Below are positions 1 to 13,494 of a DNA stretch of 64,000 bases, one piece after another. The DNA is taken from the NCBI RefSeq assembly GCF_964355755.1, contig NC_092670.1, positions 40,908,388-40,972,387 on the forward strand, written 5' to 3'. The translations under genes and the position numbers were made by a program. Position 1 is the first letter of the stretch, and the number at the start of each line of letters is the position of its first letter. The notes under the pieces are model-generated. The model had not been told where the DNA came from and ran no database searches. It worked only from the letters and a program-made list of their open reading frames with translations. Source of the stretch: Antedon mediterranea (lineage: Eukaryota; Animalia; Echinodermata).

Positions 1-146
1 CATGGGTAGAGTCTATACATCTCAAGAAATACCATGGAAGATCTATGAAAGATATTGGTTTTTAAAATAACTGAGCTACTGTACTTGCTCAAAATATATG
101 TAATGTTTTTTAAATGTTTGAAATAAATCTATTATTTCTATTACAG

Positions 147-3100
147 AGGTGATCAGGCCAAAAATTCTAAAAGCATTGGAAGACACAACAGTAGAACAAG
201 GCAAAGCTGCTAAATTTGAGGTTTCATACACAGGAAAGCCTAAACCAGATATTAGATGGTGTGTTTATTAATTTATTTTTTTTTTCTCTACATTCTTAGT
301 TGGCAAACTTGCAAAGATGAAAAAAAAGAATAACTAACTTAAGAAAATGAAATTACAGAATATACCTAAGTAGGAATTGTGCTTAAAACTAACCATGTGA
401 CATGTGTTTACTTTTATTTAGGTTTAAAGGTCAGAGAGAAATATATTCAAATGATAAGTATTTGATATCATTTGATGGTGACACATGTATACTGAATATA
501 AGTCAAGTATTTGGAGAAGATAGCGATGAATATTCATGTGAAATTAGTAATATTGGCGGCAAGAAGTTCAGTCGAGCTGATCTCATCATCAAATGTACGT
601 AGTAAACGTTCTTAATACTCTATACCGTTTAAAGCAAACAAAATAAGAGAGCAATCAATGCTTAATTTAGAAAAACCCTGATTCTTCTTGACCATTGGTA
701 GAAGAAATGTTATCAGATAAAGACTTAAGCTCTGTCTACACTATCAAACTATAGTTTGACAAAAAGAAGTGTGATATGTCCCAATATGGTACTGATATAC
801 ATTATCATTATAGGCACATCAATTTTTCACTTAAAGTTTGTAGACAGAGCTTTAGACTGGAGATCCAGTGTACACATCTGGCCTATGTGCATATTAATGA
901 ACCCAGTGCATCTCTCACCACCTGTCGTGGACAGAAGAATGAGCGCTGTTTGGTAGCAGCTCGACAACAAATGGATGGATAAAAATTGTTGTATTAAACA
1001 TCTAGTCCATTTTATAAAGCGCAATATATATATACAATACGTAAAGCACTTACAATATTTGTATTAAGCACTATGTAAAGTCTACCATTTATTGTTATTA
1101 ATACAATAATATTTTTAACAGGTCCACCAAAAATTAAGTTACCACCACGTTTCCGAGATATAGTATATATTGAGAAAGGCCAGACAATCAAACTCAAAAT
1201 ACCAATCACAGGATTACCAAAACCTAAGTCATCGTGGTCTAAAGACGGTACAAATGTAAACCGTGGTGTAGAAGCGGCCGATCGTTATTCCACGTTGACA
1301 GTAGACAGAGCAGATCGCCAGCATTCTGGCTTGTATAAAATATCGGCTGAAAATGCATTAGGAAAAGATTCAGCAACAATCAATGTACAAGTATGTGGTA
1401 AGTAGTAGTGGTATTAATTATTATATCTTCCCTAGGTCAATGTCACACACGAGAGCCTAAGATTGAATGTTGCTGGTGGACTAAAGGCCTACAATTTAAG
1501 CCTGGATCGCTATTAAGAATTAAATATTTACAACATTCATGAAAAAAATGTCTAATCTGCATAGAAATCACAGAAGATGTCACTTATAATGTCACTTTTA
1601 TATTTTGTCACTTATTTAATGTCATTTATGTCACTTATTTAATGTCACTTATGTTTATAGATGTGCCAGACCCTGCTACAAATCTGAAAGCACAAGATGT
1701 CACTTTTGAATCTGTGGAGTTAACATGGAATGCACCAACAGAAGACGGTGGCAGCCCTATTACAGGATATGTAGTTGAGAAAAGGCCAGCAGACATGGAC
1801 AGCTGGATCAGGGCTGCCTCGACCTCCATGACCTCTTGTATCGTCAGCATGCTTGATACTAATACGCCTTATAAGTTTAGATTACGAGTTGACAATGTGC
1901 ATGGGTCCAGCGAGTATGCTGAAGTCTCTCATACAATAAGTATACCAGGTAGGCTTTACACAATTTATACTTTTTCAAAACTATTTTGAACAATATTATA
2001 ATAATATTAGCGACCTTGCGTTTTTTCTACACACTACTAGACTACCTGTACGTGCCCTTAAAGTTGAAAAGTAATGATAACCATTTATAATTTGCATAAT
2101 TACTTTTTTATTTTCAGAACCAGAAAGACTTACAAAGAGAATAGTAATTGAAGATGAAGCTGAAGGTAAGACTGAAATATAAAAACAGTTGTGTCGTAGT
2201 GGTTTATGCTAGACTACAGTACCAATCCTGATTTTGTTTATCTTGATTTTTATTTGTCAGCTCCGTTAACATCTCGTGTTCCAAAAGTATCAGATTACGA
2301 CAACATAGGTGAGTACTGTATATGTGTCCAAAAACTATTTTATTTTTTTAAGTATTTCCGATAATTGAAATTTATACCTGCTGTATACATATTTTTAAAA
2401 CAATTTATTTTACATTGATACTTTGTTTGTTAATGCAGTTGACTTAGATGATCCATATGTAACAAGAAAAGTAAAGCCCAGGAAGTCACCAGTTGAGAGT
2501 AAATATTACATTGGTGAAGAAATTGGAAGGTAAGAATTCAAAAAATATAGAATACAGCTTACATCCGGTTCTTGTTCATAACAACAGGGGATGACATAAA
2601 TCAAGACTTTGGGATAACTGTCTACTCCATTTTTTACTCTAAAGTGCACTGAGTATTCTCCAGTTTCCTTTGGGGTAATGTTTTAATCCAATATCTGCTT
2701 TTACCTTAAGGCCAATTTACACAGACAAGTGGTAACGGTAAGCGTAAAACCGCGTAGCTTGTCCCACATAAAATTTGTATCTATCCTGAGCAGAAACCGG
2801 ACGTTCTTTCCGCGTGTGTGTAGATAATCATAAGAAATATCATAGATTCTATTTTTTGGTTTTCCGCTTACCGTTACCACTCGTCTGTGAAAATTGGCCT
2901 TTATGCTTACTTGATAATGCAATAACTACAAATATGCTTTTTAGGGGTGATTTTGGAGTTGTATACAGAGCAGTAGAGAAGGCTACAGGCAAGAACTTTG
3001 CAGCCAAGTTCATAGACATTGATTCAGCAGATATACCATTCATACGTAAAGAAGTAGATGCTATGACAAACCTCCAGTATCCTAGGTTACAACAATTACA

Positions 3101-6100
3101 CGATGTCTTTGAAACTGATGACAAAATGGTGCTCATTCTAGACTTGTAAGTTGCCATTTGTGTTATTTTATTTATTTCTTTTGACTGCGTGACACTCTTT
3201 AGTACAGTATACGTTATGCCAAAACTTTGGCACCTTAAAAATATTTTGAATGATAATGATAAAGGAAGGATGATTTATTTTTCCTAGGTCATAAAATATA
3301 CATTCAAATCTTCCAAAAATAGAAGGTCCAATTTTTTTCTAAAATGTAAAATGTGATCTGAAACTTTCCTGAAGCAAAAAACATGATGTGCCCTATGGTA
3401 GTGATATGACATCATCATGTCCATATATGTGCACATCACATTTTTTGTTTGATAGTGTAGATAGAGCTTTGATTCTTTTCTTCTTTTGTCCATAGTTTGT
3501 CAGGTGGTGATGCATTCCAACGATGCCTCAATAAAAACTATGTATTAACTGAAGCTGAAGTAGCAATGTATACAAAACAAGTCTGTGAAGGTTTGAATCA
3601 TATTCACACAAGGAACTACATGCATTTGGCTTTAAGGGTAAGTGTATGTGTGCCAAAAACAAGGCTGGACCCAGGATTTTGTTGGCAGGTGGAGACCATC
3701 AAGCTTAGAGCCAAAAAGGTTGTTCTTTTCTGTAAACAAATTTACAAGTTAAAGGCTGTATTCTGGATTTTTTCCATGGAGATTATCGATAGGCAAAGCT
3801 TTGAGTCAAAGAAATTATTCTTTTCTCTCTTGCGGGTGCAAGAGACGAGCTCCCCTTTAATCTACCTTTGGATCCACCACTGAAATATACTGGAATGCAT
3901 TCTGATTAAGGAGGGGTATGGTAGTGTGTGACTTATCCTATAGGTTACATTTTCATTGGTTTGGGCAATTTACAGTGTGTCTTGAATTGTTTTTTTTTGT
4001 ACCTCATAGCCTCAAAGTGTTTTATTTGAAACAAAACGTACCAATGCTGTCAGATTAATTGACTATGGCATGGCAACCAAGCTAGATCCTGATCAAAGAG
4101 CAAAGTTAGCACAAGGCAGCACAGATTTCTTAGCGCCAGAGGTCATTGAAGGGTCAGAGGTCGGATTCTGTACTGATATGTGGACTGTTGGTGTTATCTG
4201 CTATATGCTGTAAGTTTATTTTAATTTCCAATGACCTAGTCACATGTCATTTGGATTGTAAGACCAGCAACGCAATATGCATATGTTGTAGGTCATAGGT
4301 CATCACATTTCAAAATCTTCCAATTACGAGCACAAGAATCCATAAAAGAAACTTGAAGATTATTAAGTTTGTTACTTCTTGTTACAGATTAAGTGGTATA
4401 CATCCTTTTGATGCCGACAAGGACAAAATAAAGGATTGTAAATGGCAGTTTGATAAAGATGCTTTTAAACCAATCTCAGATGAAGCTAAAGACTTTATTG
4501 AAAGATTACTTATCAAAGATAAAGAGTAAGTTATACACATATGACAGCAAGTCTCAGGTCGGAGTAAGTTATACACATATGACAGTAAGTCTCAGGTCGG
4601 AGTAAGTTATACACATATGACAGTAAGTCTCAGGTCGCAATACGCAGGGAAAGAGTAAGTTATACACATATGACAGTAAGTCTCAGGTCGCAATACGCAA
4701 GATAAAGAGTAAGTTATACACATATGACAGCAAGTGTCAGGTCGGAGTAAGTTATACACATATGACAGTAAGTCTCAGGTCGCAATACGCAAGATAAAGA
4801 GTAAGTTATACACATATGACAGTAAGTCTCAGGTCGCAATACGCAGGGAAAGAGTAAGTTATACACATATGACAGTAAGCCTCAGGTCGGAGTAAGTTAT
4901 ACACATATGACAGTAAGTCTCAGGTCGGAGTAAGTTATACACATATGACAGTAAGTCTCAAGTCGGAGTAAGTTATACACATATGACAGCAAGTCTCAGG
5001 TCGCAATACGCAGGGAAAATACATAATAGTAAATTCATTATAATAGTAAATTCATTATAATAGTAAATTCATTATAATAGTAAATTCATTATAATAGTAA
5101 ATTCATTATAATAGTAAATTCATTATAATAGTAAATTCATTATAATAGTAAAGGAAAGTAATAACAGCAATAATAGAACTGTAGACAGTTACTTTGAATT
5201 GAAAACTGATTTATTACTAAGTCATATTATTTACATTTAATTATTATTAAGCCAATAACAACAACTAATAAGTCCAGACACATAATAATAACTAAGTTTA
5301 AAGTTATCCTGATTTTTTCTTTTTGATTTCAGTAAAAGAATGGGAGCTCATGAAGCACTAGAACATCCCTGGTTAAAGGTAACTTTTTCATTCTCTTTAA
5401 AAAAAATGTAATCAGTCAATCTAGATAGAATGATATCATTTAATTATTTCACATTGTTTTTTAGGATCCAAGTAGAGGAGCTAAAACTAAGATTCCAACG
5501 GATCGACATCGATCCTTATTAGAAGGTAGACCATGGTTGGTAAGTGCATTTGTAACTGTTAATTTAAGGAAAAAGAATAGTGTTTTATTCAAAATAACAT
5601 AATAACTTATAATTATGTAAATAAGTATTGAACGTTTTTTATTTTTTTAGGCTGGTACAGCAGTTGTAGGTGTTGGACGGTTGGGTGACAGCAGTGGTCA
5701 TCGACGTCGACGTCCACTTAAGAACGACTTTGTTGCAGATTGTGGCATTAGTAAGTTGATTATTTAACAGTTGATATATGAGATAAGAATCTTATTTGAC
5801 CTGACTAAGTATATATGTTGTGACTTAAAACAGTGCCACTAAGTCACCTTCGTTGCGAGACCATTCTCATCTTAAGGCTCATGAGATATTAAAAGTATTA
5901 TGTTATAATAAAATAATTAACATTAATACTAGGCCATGCACTATGCATTAAAATCCAGTGGCCGTATTCACCTTTCACACTTAGGCTAAGTGAAACACAA
6001 AACAAATTAAGATCCTATCTAAGTGAATACAAATTAAGGGAAATTCTCAAATATTTATTGAATTAAGTTAAAAATTAATATTTAAGAGAAATCTTTCACT

Positions 6101-9100
6101 TAAGTGTTTGACGTGGAGAATACAACCACAGTATCGCAAATTGTAATTTTACAAATGTTTTATAGGTCGGAAGGATGCTAGGCCAAGGTTTATCAAGCGT
6201 CCGCATGATATGATGGTGAAGGAAGGAGGGGATGTTGCGCTGGAATGTCAAATAGCAGCAGCCTCAGCTCCTATGATTACATGGTGGCGAGGTGATGTAG
6301 AATTGAAACAGAGTTTGAAACATAAAAATAAACAAGATGGAATTAGATACTGTTTACAGGTTGGTGTGTGTACCATGGATGATGCTGGAGAGTATACAGT
6401 GAAAGCTAAGAATTCATTTGGAGACATTCAACATAAAGTTAAATTAGAAGTTTTACGTGAGTTTCTATTCACATTTATCTATTCCTTAGTTTCTCAGTAA
6501 TTCAAACCCTTTCTCCATATATTGCAATTTACTACCTACAAATAATGTTAAAGCAATTTTCTATCTCTAATAATTATTGAATTAACTTGCGCTTTCAAAA
6601 TTATGTTTTAGCTGATCCACTTAAAAGGCAAGATGATTCAGCCAGCATTAAAAGGTAAATTTTCAAATATACAAAAGAAAATGTAGAATTTCAAGTACAT
6701 TCATAGTCATAGTAGAAGAGATTCTGTAAAGCTATATTACTTTATAACTAATCTTGTTATTTTGCAGGATCCTAAAATATTTTGCAGAAGAGATTCTGTA
6801 AAGCCATATTACTTTATAACTAATCTTGTTCTTCCTATTTGCAGAAGACCATTCTGTAAAAGCTATGTTATTCTTTAACTAATCTTGTTATTTTGCGGAA
6901 CATTTGTTCCTACTGTATTTACAGAAGAGATTCTGTAAAGCTATGTTACTCTTTTAATCTTGTTATTTTACAGGACGTTTGTTCTTAAAGTATTCGCAGA
7001 AGAGATTCGTGATTGTAAAGCTATGTTTACTTTCCGATTGCGACACAGAAATATTCAATTACACGACACTGTTAAATTATCGTGTATTGTAGAAGCTATT
7101 CCAGAAGCTAAGGTAAGCACTGTAATGAGTATTACATATGTGTTATATGACAATACTGTCATGTATAGTGAGAGTCAATAAAATAAACGTATTTTGCCAG
7201 TACATACTGTATCATCAAAACCTGAGCTGCACTGGACATCTAATAAGATCGAAACAGTACTATCTGCAGATTTGATATTATACATTTATATATTTCTTTT
7301 TAGATTACGTGGTTTGTGAATGATAAAGAAGTTACAAAGAATAGTTCTGAATATAGTATTGGTTATTCATCAGGACTTTGTACGTTAGATATTAGTAAAG
7401 TAAAAGAATCACATGCTGCCAAGTATAGTTGTAAAGCAGTCAATTCACTTGGAGAAGATATCACAGAATGTTTTGTTACCGTTGAAGGTAAATATCATTG
7501 ATATTTTGGGGTTAATTTAACCCATTGTTTACTGGTTTACACTGGAACTGAAGTCTATCTGTGAATATTCCTAAACATGAAAAACCAACTAAAAGCCAAT
7601 TTACACAGACGAGCGGTAATGGTAATAAAAACTTAAAATCTATGTTATTCCTTATGACCATTTAGACATATTCTACGTGGGACAAGCTACACAGTTTTCC
7701 GCTTACCTTTACCGCTCATCTGTGTAAATTGGTCTTTAGGCTGGTAAATAATTCTTTACCACAGTATTGGTTGGGTGGTAAACCCTATGTGTGAGAAAAA
7801 GGTTGTTTTTAGGATAACTACAGTGTTATACTATAATATGCAATAATTTTCTCATTTTTAAAAATAGATAATAATATTCTTTTATAGTTTTTAATTAATT
7901 TGATTTTCGTAATGCATAAGAATACACAGTGAATGTGTAGTGAATGCAGGTTTGTGCTACAAAGAAATAGTGAAATGTTGAGGTTACAATCAACATGAGT
8001 GACTTCTTCAAATCCTGAGAGCATTTAGATAAAGTAGTTCCTTTCCATTCTTTTCTCACAAGTTTCTTTTTCTTCCTTTATCATTCCTCTATTTCTCATA
8101 TAAATATGCTTAACAATGTTAGATCCCACATTAATTGCCTGCTCTTACTTTCCTTTATTTAAACTCAGAAAAAGCTGGTATGTTGCTTTCTCAGGATAAG
8201 TAAAACTAAAGCAGTTGGTTGTTGTTGCTGCACCTGATACTTTGTACTGTATCTCCACATATCTGTTCAGTATCATGGGCGAATTCTGTAATACAGTGTC
8301 GCACATGTACACATGTGATGCCTGTATTATGTTAAGGTTATGTGAGGCTTGTGGCCTATAATACAGGCATCACATGTGATACATATGTGATATTGTATTA
8401 TAGAATCTGCCTATGATACTGGATAAACCATAGATACAGTATTGAGAATCGGCTAGTTGCTGCTTCTGTAGACCATTAATAAATGTGCATTGGCATGTCT
8501 TTATAACCTGCATGTGTTTTGTGAATGCAATGTCTTCTTTTTCATATTATTTTACAAACTCAATATTTAATGTTCTGTAATACATTATGGATACTTTTCC
8601 CTATATAAAATATTTACATTTTTTTATAATTGTATATTCATATCTACTTTATTGACCAATCTATCTCTAAAGCTCTGTCTACACTATCAAACGTTGTGAC
8701 AAAAAAAATGTGATGTGCCCATATATGGACACGATGATGTCTTATTACTACTATTTTTTGTCAAACTAGTTTGATAGTGTAGACAGGAGCTTAATGTCTG
8801 CATGACTGTTTCTATAATATATTTGTATAATATAATAATATATATGTGTCATAATATCTGTTGTTTGATTGGCTAACTTTGTTTACCTGTGGCAGCATGG
8901 GATGTCAGCGGTAGAAGATTAATTCATACGTTTACTCACTCTGACGTGACTAATAGCAGTAAGTTAAACGTTGTCTTTCTAATTTTTACTACCAATAGAC
9001 ACAAGTACCCCTGTTCTAAAAAGATTTTGCGAACTGTGAATTTTTTCACAAGTATTCTCAATGTACTTATATTAGTATAAATTACGTCAGAGTAGGCCAA

Positions 9101-12100
9101 ACATCTGACCAATTATTCAACACCATGACGCAAAGCAACTCCACAGTAAACAAACAATTACAATCCTGTGAATATATATAATTAATGGTGTAAAAACATT
9201 GGAGCATAGTTGTCCTTGATCGGTTTTAAGAACAGTTTCTGGGGAGTAACTTTTAGATTCAAACAATTCCGTCACTGTCGTCCCTCCTTATATACACAAG
9301 TAAGTACACAGACATGACATGTTCACTGTCGTCCCTCCTTATATACACAAGTACGTACACAGACATGACATGTTCACTGTCGTCACTCCTTATATACACA
9401 AGTACGTACACAGACATGACATGTTCACTGTCGTCACTCCTTATATACACAAGTACGTACACAGACATGACATGTTCACTGTCGTCCCTCCTTATATACA
9501 CAAGTACGTACACAGACATGACATGTTCACTGTCGTCACTCCTTATATACACAAGTACGTACACAGACATGACATGTTCACTGTCGTCCCTCCTTATATA
9601 CACAAGTACGTACACAGACATGACATGTTCACTGTCGTCCCTCCTTATATACACAAGTACGTACACAGACATGACATGTTCACTGTCGTCCCTCCTTATA
9701 TACACAAGTACGTACACAGACATGACATGTTCACTGTCGTCCCTCCTTATATACACAAGTACGTACACAGACATGACATGTTCACTGTCGTCACTCCTTA
9801 TATACACAAGTACGTACACAGACATGACATGTTCACTGTCGTCCCTCCTTATATACACAAGTACGTACACAGACATGACATGTTCACTGTCGTCCCTCCT
9901 TATATACACAAGTACGTACACAGACATGACATGTTCACTGTCGTCCCTCCTTATTATAGACAAGTACGTACACAGACATGACATGTTCACTGTCGTCCCT
10001 CCTTATATACACAAGTACGTACACAGACATGACATGTTCACTGTCGTCACTCCTTATATACACAAGTATGTACACAGACATGACATGTTCACTGTCGTCC
10101 CTTCTTATACACAAGTACGTACACAGACATGACATGTTCACTGTCGTTCCTCCTTATACACAAGTACGTACACAGACATGACATGTTCACTGTCGTCCCT
10201 CCTTATACACAAGTACGTACACAGACATGACATGTTCACTGTCGTTCCTCCTTATATACACAAGTACGTACACAGACATGACATGTTCACTGTCGTCCCT
10301 CCTTATACACAAGTACGTACACAGACATGACATGTTCACTGTCGTCCCTCCTTATATACACAAGTACGTACACAGACATGACATGTTCACTGTCGTCCCT
10401 CCTTATATACACAAGTACGTACACAGACATGACATGTTCACTGTCGTCCCTCCTTATATACACAAGTACGTACACAGACATGACATGTTCACTGTCGTCA
10501 CTCCTTATATACACAAGTATGTACACAGACATGACATGTTCACTGTCGTCCCTCCTTATACACAAGTACGTACACAGACATGACATGTTCACTGTCGTCC
10601 CTCCTTATATACACAAGTACGTACACAGACATGACATGTTCACTGTCGTCCCTCCTTATATACACAAGTACGTACACAGACATGACATGTTCACTGTCGT
10701 CCCTCCTTATATACACAAGTACGTACACAGACATGACATGTTCAATGACATGTTGTGTTATGGATTGTGATCCCAGAGGATGGGATGTTTGCTTTTTTGT
10801 TTTTTGAACAAATTTTGAAAAAAGGGAACAATTATATTTTAAATTTACATTGTAAATAATACTATTGTATATCTATTTATATTTAATCTGCTTAAACTAA
10901 TATTTTATATTTGTTTTTTAAATTGTATTCTTAATAATTATTCAATCAAGCTATTGATCAAGCTTTTATGATGTCAATCTTAAAGCTCTGTCTACACTAT
11001 CAAACTACCAACAAAATGTGATGTGCCCATATATAGACACAATGATGTCATTATCACTACCATATTTGGGCATATCACTACCATATTTGGGCATATCACT
11101 ACCATAGTTGGGCACATCACACCTTTTTTTTCAAACTAGTTTGATAGTATAGACAGAGCTTAATATTGAAGCATATTTATTTGTGTTTCTATATATATTA
11201 CTATTGTAGCTTTTGATGTGTTTATTCTGTATATTTGATGTTTTAAAGACAAATTTACCCATTTACATGTTATATATTTGGTCCACTACCAAATTATAGA
11301 TACCAAACTAGATGAAGATACTTCTTTGATATTTGAGGACAGTATTTAATAGTTTAATATAAAAGTAAAATTTTAAAATGTGTATTAACAATTTGTTAGT
11401 GTATATCTAAAAACATGGTTATAGGAATTATACTAGGAATACTTTTTTAATATGTTCTTAAATCATTTATTAATCATGCAGATTGAAAACATTTTATAAA
11501 TCTAAAAGAAAATTAATTGGTTGATGGAAATACTTAATGTTATGTTTTATTTTTGCATTTTCAGGTTTAACTAAATCATCAACTCCTAAATCCAAACCAG
11601 CTAAATCAGGTATGTTTACTATATTTTCATATGGTTTTGTTAAGGTTAACAGTTTTATTTGTTTTTTTATTAAACTTTGTTTAATGAGGGTGACTCAAAA
11701 CTGTTGAGGCTGACATGCATGATGCCCTCAACACTTCACTAATGATGACTCGTTAAAAATTATTTTATTTAGAACCAAGTTACAAAGGTCCAATTATAAT
11801 GGAAAAGCCAAAATCACAAAAATTTAAGGAAGGCGAACGAGTAAAATTAATATGCAAACTTGCCGATCCCGCAACGTCTTGTGAGTTGATCAAGTTGTTT
11901 ATTTTTCATTCTTTTCATTTTACTTCTTTTTTTTTATCCCAACAGCTTAAGTACATTATGTTGAGGTCCAGGTAAGTAATACACTTACTTAGGCTTCAAT
12001 TTAGTCTGCAGTGTGTACTATGACTAAATACACATTATCATGTTTAATGTAATCATTTACATATTAAAATAACAAATCATGTAATTTCTTTTCTTTAAAG

Positions 12101-12503
12101 ATTTGAGATATTGACACATAATGTTGTGCGCACTGATGATGATTATTATTATTTTTACAGTATTATTGTTATAGCATTCTTTAAGCATAGCTTGTTTCAC
12201 CATTAATATTTGGAGTTATTCTATAAGGTTGTGTTCACATTATATATCGTCATTAGATAAAAATGTACTAATTATAATTATTATATTATAATTCATTTGT
12301 ATTCATTTACAGTTGAATGGCTCAAAGATAATGTTGTAGTTGAACACAATGAGCCTATCATCCTAACATCAGAGGGCGCTGTTTATGGTCTTGAGATTCC
12401 TGTAACCTTAGCAACTGATGCTGGTAACTACTCCATCAAAGCAAAGAACAAGTTTGGAGAATGCCAAGCTAAGTTCTCACTTCAAAAACAGGATTCCAGT
12501 TAA
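147..12503 (+). CDS. 3' part of a giant titin/twitchin/projectin-like muscle protein: Ig-Ig-Fn3-linker-kinase domain-regulatory tail-Ig-Ig-Ig. The 5' end lies outside the window.
   Basis: Phase-consistent GT-AG exons: 147-258, 422-594, 1122-1397, 1661-1948, 2118-2165, 2261-2308, 2439-2529, 2945-3145, 3496-3637, 4010-4209, 4388-4525, 5333-5378, 5465-5539, 5651-5750, 6166-6456, 6612-6654, 6974-7112, 7304-7487, 11565-11609, 11773-11880, 12313-12503 (TAA). Motifs: twitchin-like Ig PPKIKLPPRFRD, Fn3 LTWNAPTEDGGSPITGYVVEKR, kinase GRGDFGVV..AAKFI..DYG..APE..DMW..HPWL. Confidence 0.93.
728..851. mobile_element. MITE family A (PIF/Harbinger, Tourist-like), copy in titin-like intron
   Basis: Terminal inverted repeat AGCTCTGTCTACACTATCAAACT...GTAGACAGAGCT flanked by a TTA duplication. 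Other copies lie at about 8671, 10984, 13605, 19974, 29823, 43369 and 52027, with partial copies at about 3375-3468 and 26790-26885. Confidence 0.85.
2708..2900. mobile_element. MITE family B (Harbinger-like)
   Basis: Long TIRs AGGCCAATTTACACAGAC..GGTAACGGTAAGCG / CGCTTACCGTTACC..GTCTGTG.AAATTGGCCT with a TTA duplication. A second copy lies at about 7593-7735. Confidence 0.8.
4518..5018 (+). repeat. Minisatellite (about 38-54 bp, about 11 copies) built from the donor site of a kinase exon
   Basis: The core GAGTAAGTTATACACATATGACAG repeats starting from the true donor at 4526. Confidence 0.9.
5022..5151. repeat. 17-bp tandem repeat (ATAATAGTAAATTCATT), about 7.5 copies
   Basis: Read directly from the sequence. 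Confidence 0.9.
7593..7735. mobile_element. MITE family B, copy 2
   Basis: Same GCCAATTTACACAGAC / TCTGTGTAAATTGGTC termini as the copy at 2708. Confidence 0.7.
8671..8791. mobile_element. MITE family A copy
   Basis: TAA-AGCTCTGTCTACACTATCAAAC...GTTTGATAGTGTAGACAGGAGCT-TAA. Confidence 0.85.
9272..10744. repeat. 51-bp intronic minisatellite, about 29 copies (some 49-bp variants)
   Basis: Unit TCACTGTCGTCCCTCCTTATATACACAAGTACGTACACAGACATGACATGT. It accounts for the repetitive ORFs in the track. Confidence 0.97.
10984..11160. mobile_element. MITE family A copy with an internal ~21-bp triplication
   Basis: Intact TIRs with a TAA duplication. ATCACTACCATATTTGGGCAT is repeated inside. Confidence 0.85.
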
Positions 12504-13308
12504 GTCTGGTAGCAATATCTTAAATTTATATAAATATTTAATTTAATTTATTAGTTAGGTTCAGCAAAATTAATGAATTTTTCACTGAAGATTGTGTAAA
12601 ATGCGTTGAATGCGGCCATGATGCCGGTGTATTTTGCTACAGTGTATAGGCTGCCTATTAAAGGCAGTAGTGTATTGAATTTTAATAACTAACATATTCA
12701 ATGGAATGTTTTTAATTATATAAGAATTACATATATACAATATCTTCATATTTAATCAACTACACAGCTTTCCATAAGTAATCCTTGTGTATAGGCCAGA
12801 ACAACATTTACAATTATGCAAATGCAAAGTATATGCAAATTACATGCAGTGAATCAATCAAAATTGATATTCTAATGGTCCATACTTTACTAAATATATA
12901 TTTTTATCTATGTATTAATATTAATTTATGATATATATAGTATATAACATATAAATAGGAGATTACTAGATTGTCTAGTGCTCTATACCATTGCTAGATA
13001 TAATCAAAGAAATATAAAATTTGTGTCTTAGCTTTGTTACCATGGAAATAAAGTACCATGGAGTAACCAAGTTCTATTATTAGATTAGTACCTATAATTA
13101 AAAACTTAAATGTTGATAATGTGTGTTTAGTATACAGTGTGTATAAAGATGCTACACATTAATGTAGTATTTAAAATATGATGATGTCACAAATATTAAC
13201 GACCTTTCATTTTCATGCGTGACCTAGTAAAACAGTCTCAACATCTGCATATACTAGTTGGGTCATGAATATCTGGATACTGAGCTAATTATATTGGACA
13301 CACATTAC

Positions 13309-13453
13309 CAGTGACGTGATGGCTATGAGTGGTCACTGGCTAAACCCAGGGCCCCAGAGCTTATGGGAGCTAAAAACACCCGAGACCTCCAACATTGGAG
13401 GGCTATTTAGGGTTCCTAAATCAGGGTACTCGCGCCTCTGCGTTACGCCCCTG
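13309..13453. mobile_element. hAT-type MITE
   Basis: Exact 8-bp target-site duplication CACATTAC (13301-13308 and 13454-13461) around imperfect TIRs CAGTGACGTGA / TTACGCCCCTG. Confidence 0.85.
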
Positions 13454-13494
13454 CACATTACCCTTTTAAGTGATTAAGAAAAAGGATGTTTTTT

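Noticed and set aside
3660-3882. Possible hAT-type MITE (CAAGGCTGGACCCAG...GGATCCACCACTG); a similar candidate lies at about 17468-17607
   Set aside because: The termini are degenerate and no target-site duplication is visible, so it is not listed as a feature.
9259-10807. Long repetitive ORFs (up to 272 aa) on both strands
   Set aside because: They are translations of the 51-bp minisatellite, frameshifted by 49-bp units, with no splice or domain support.
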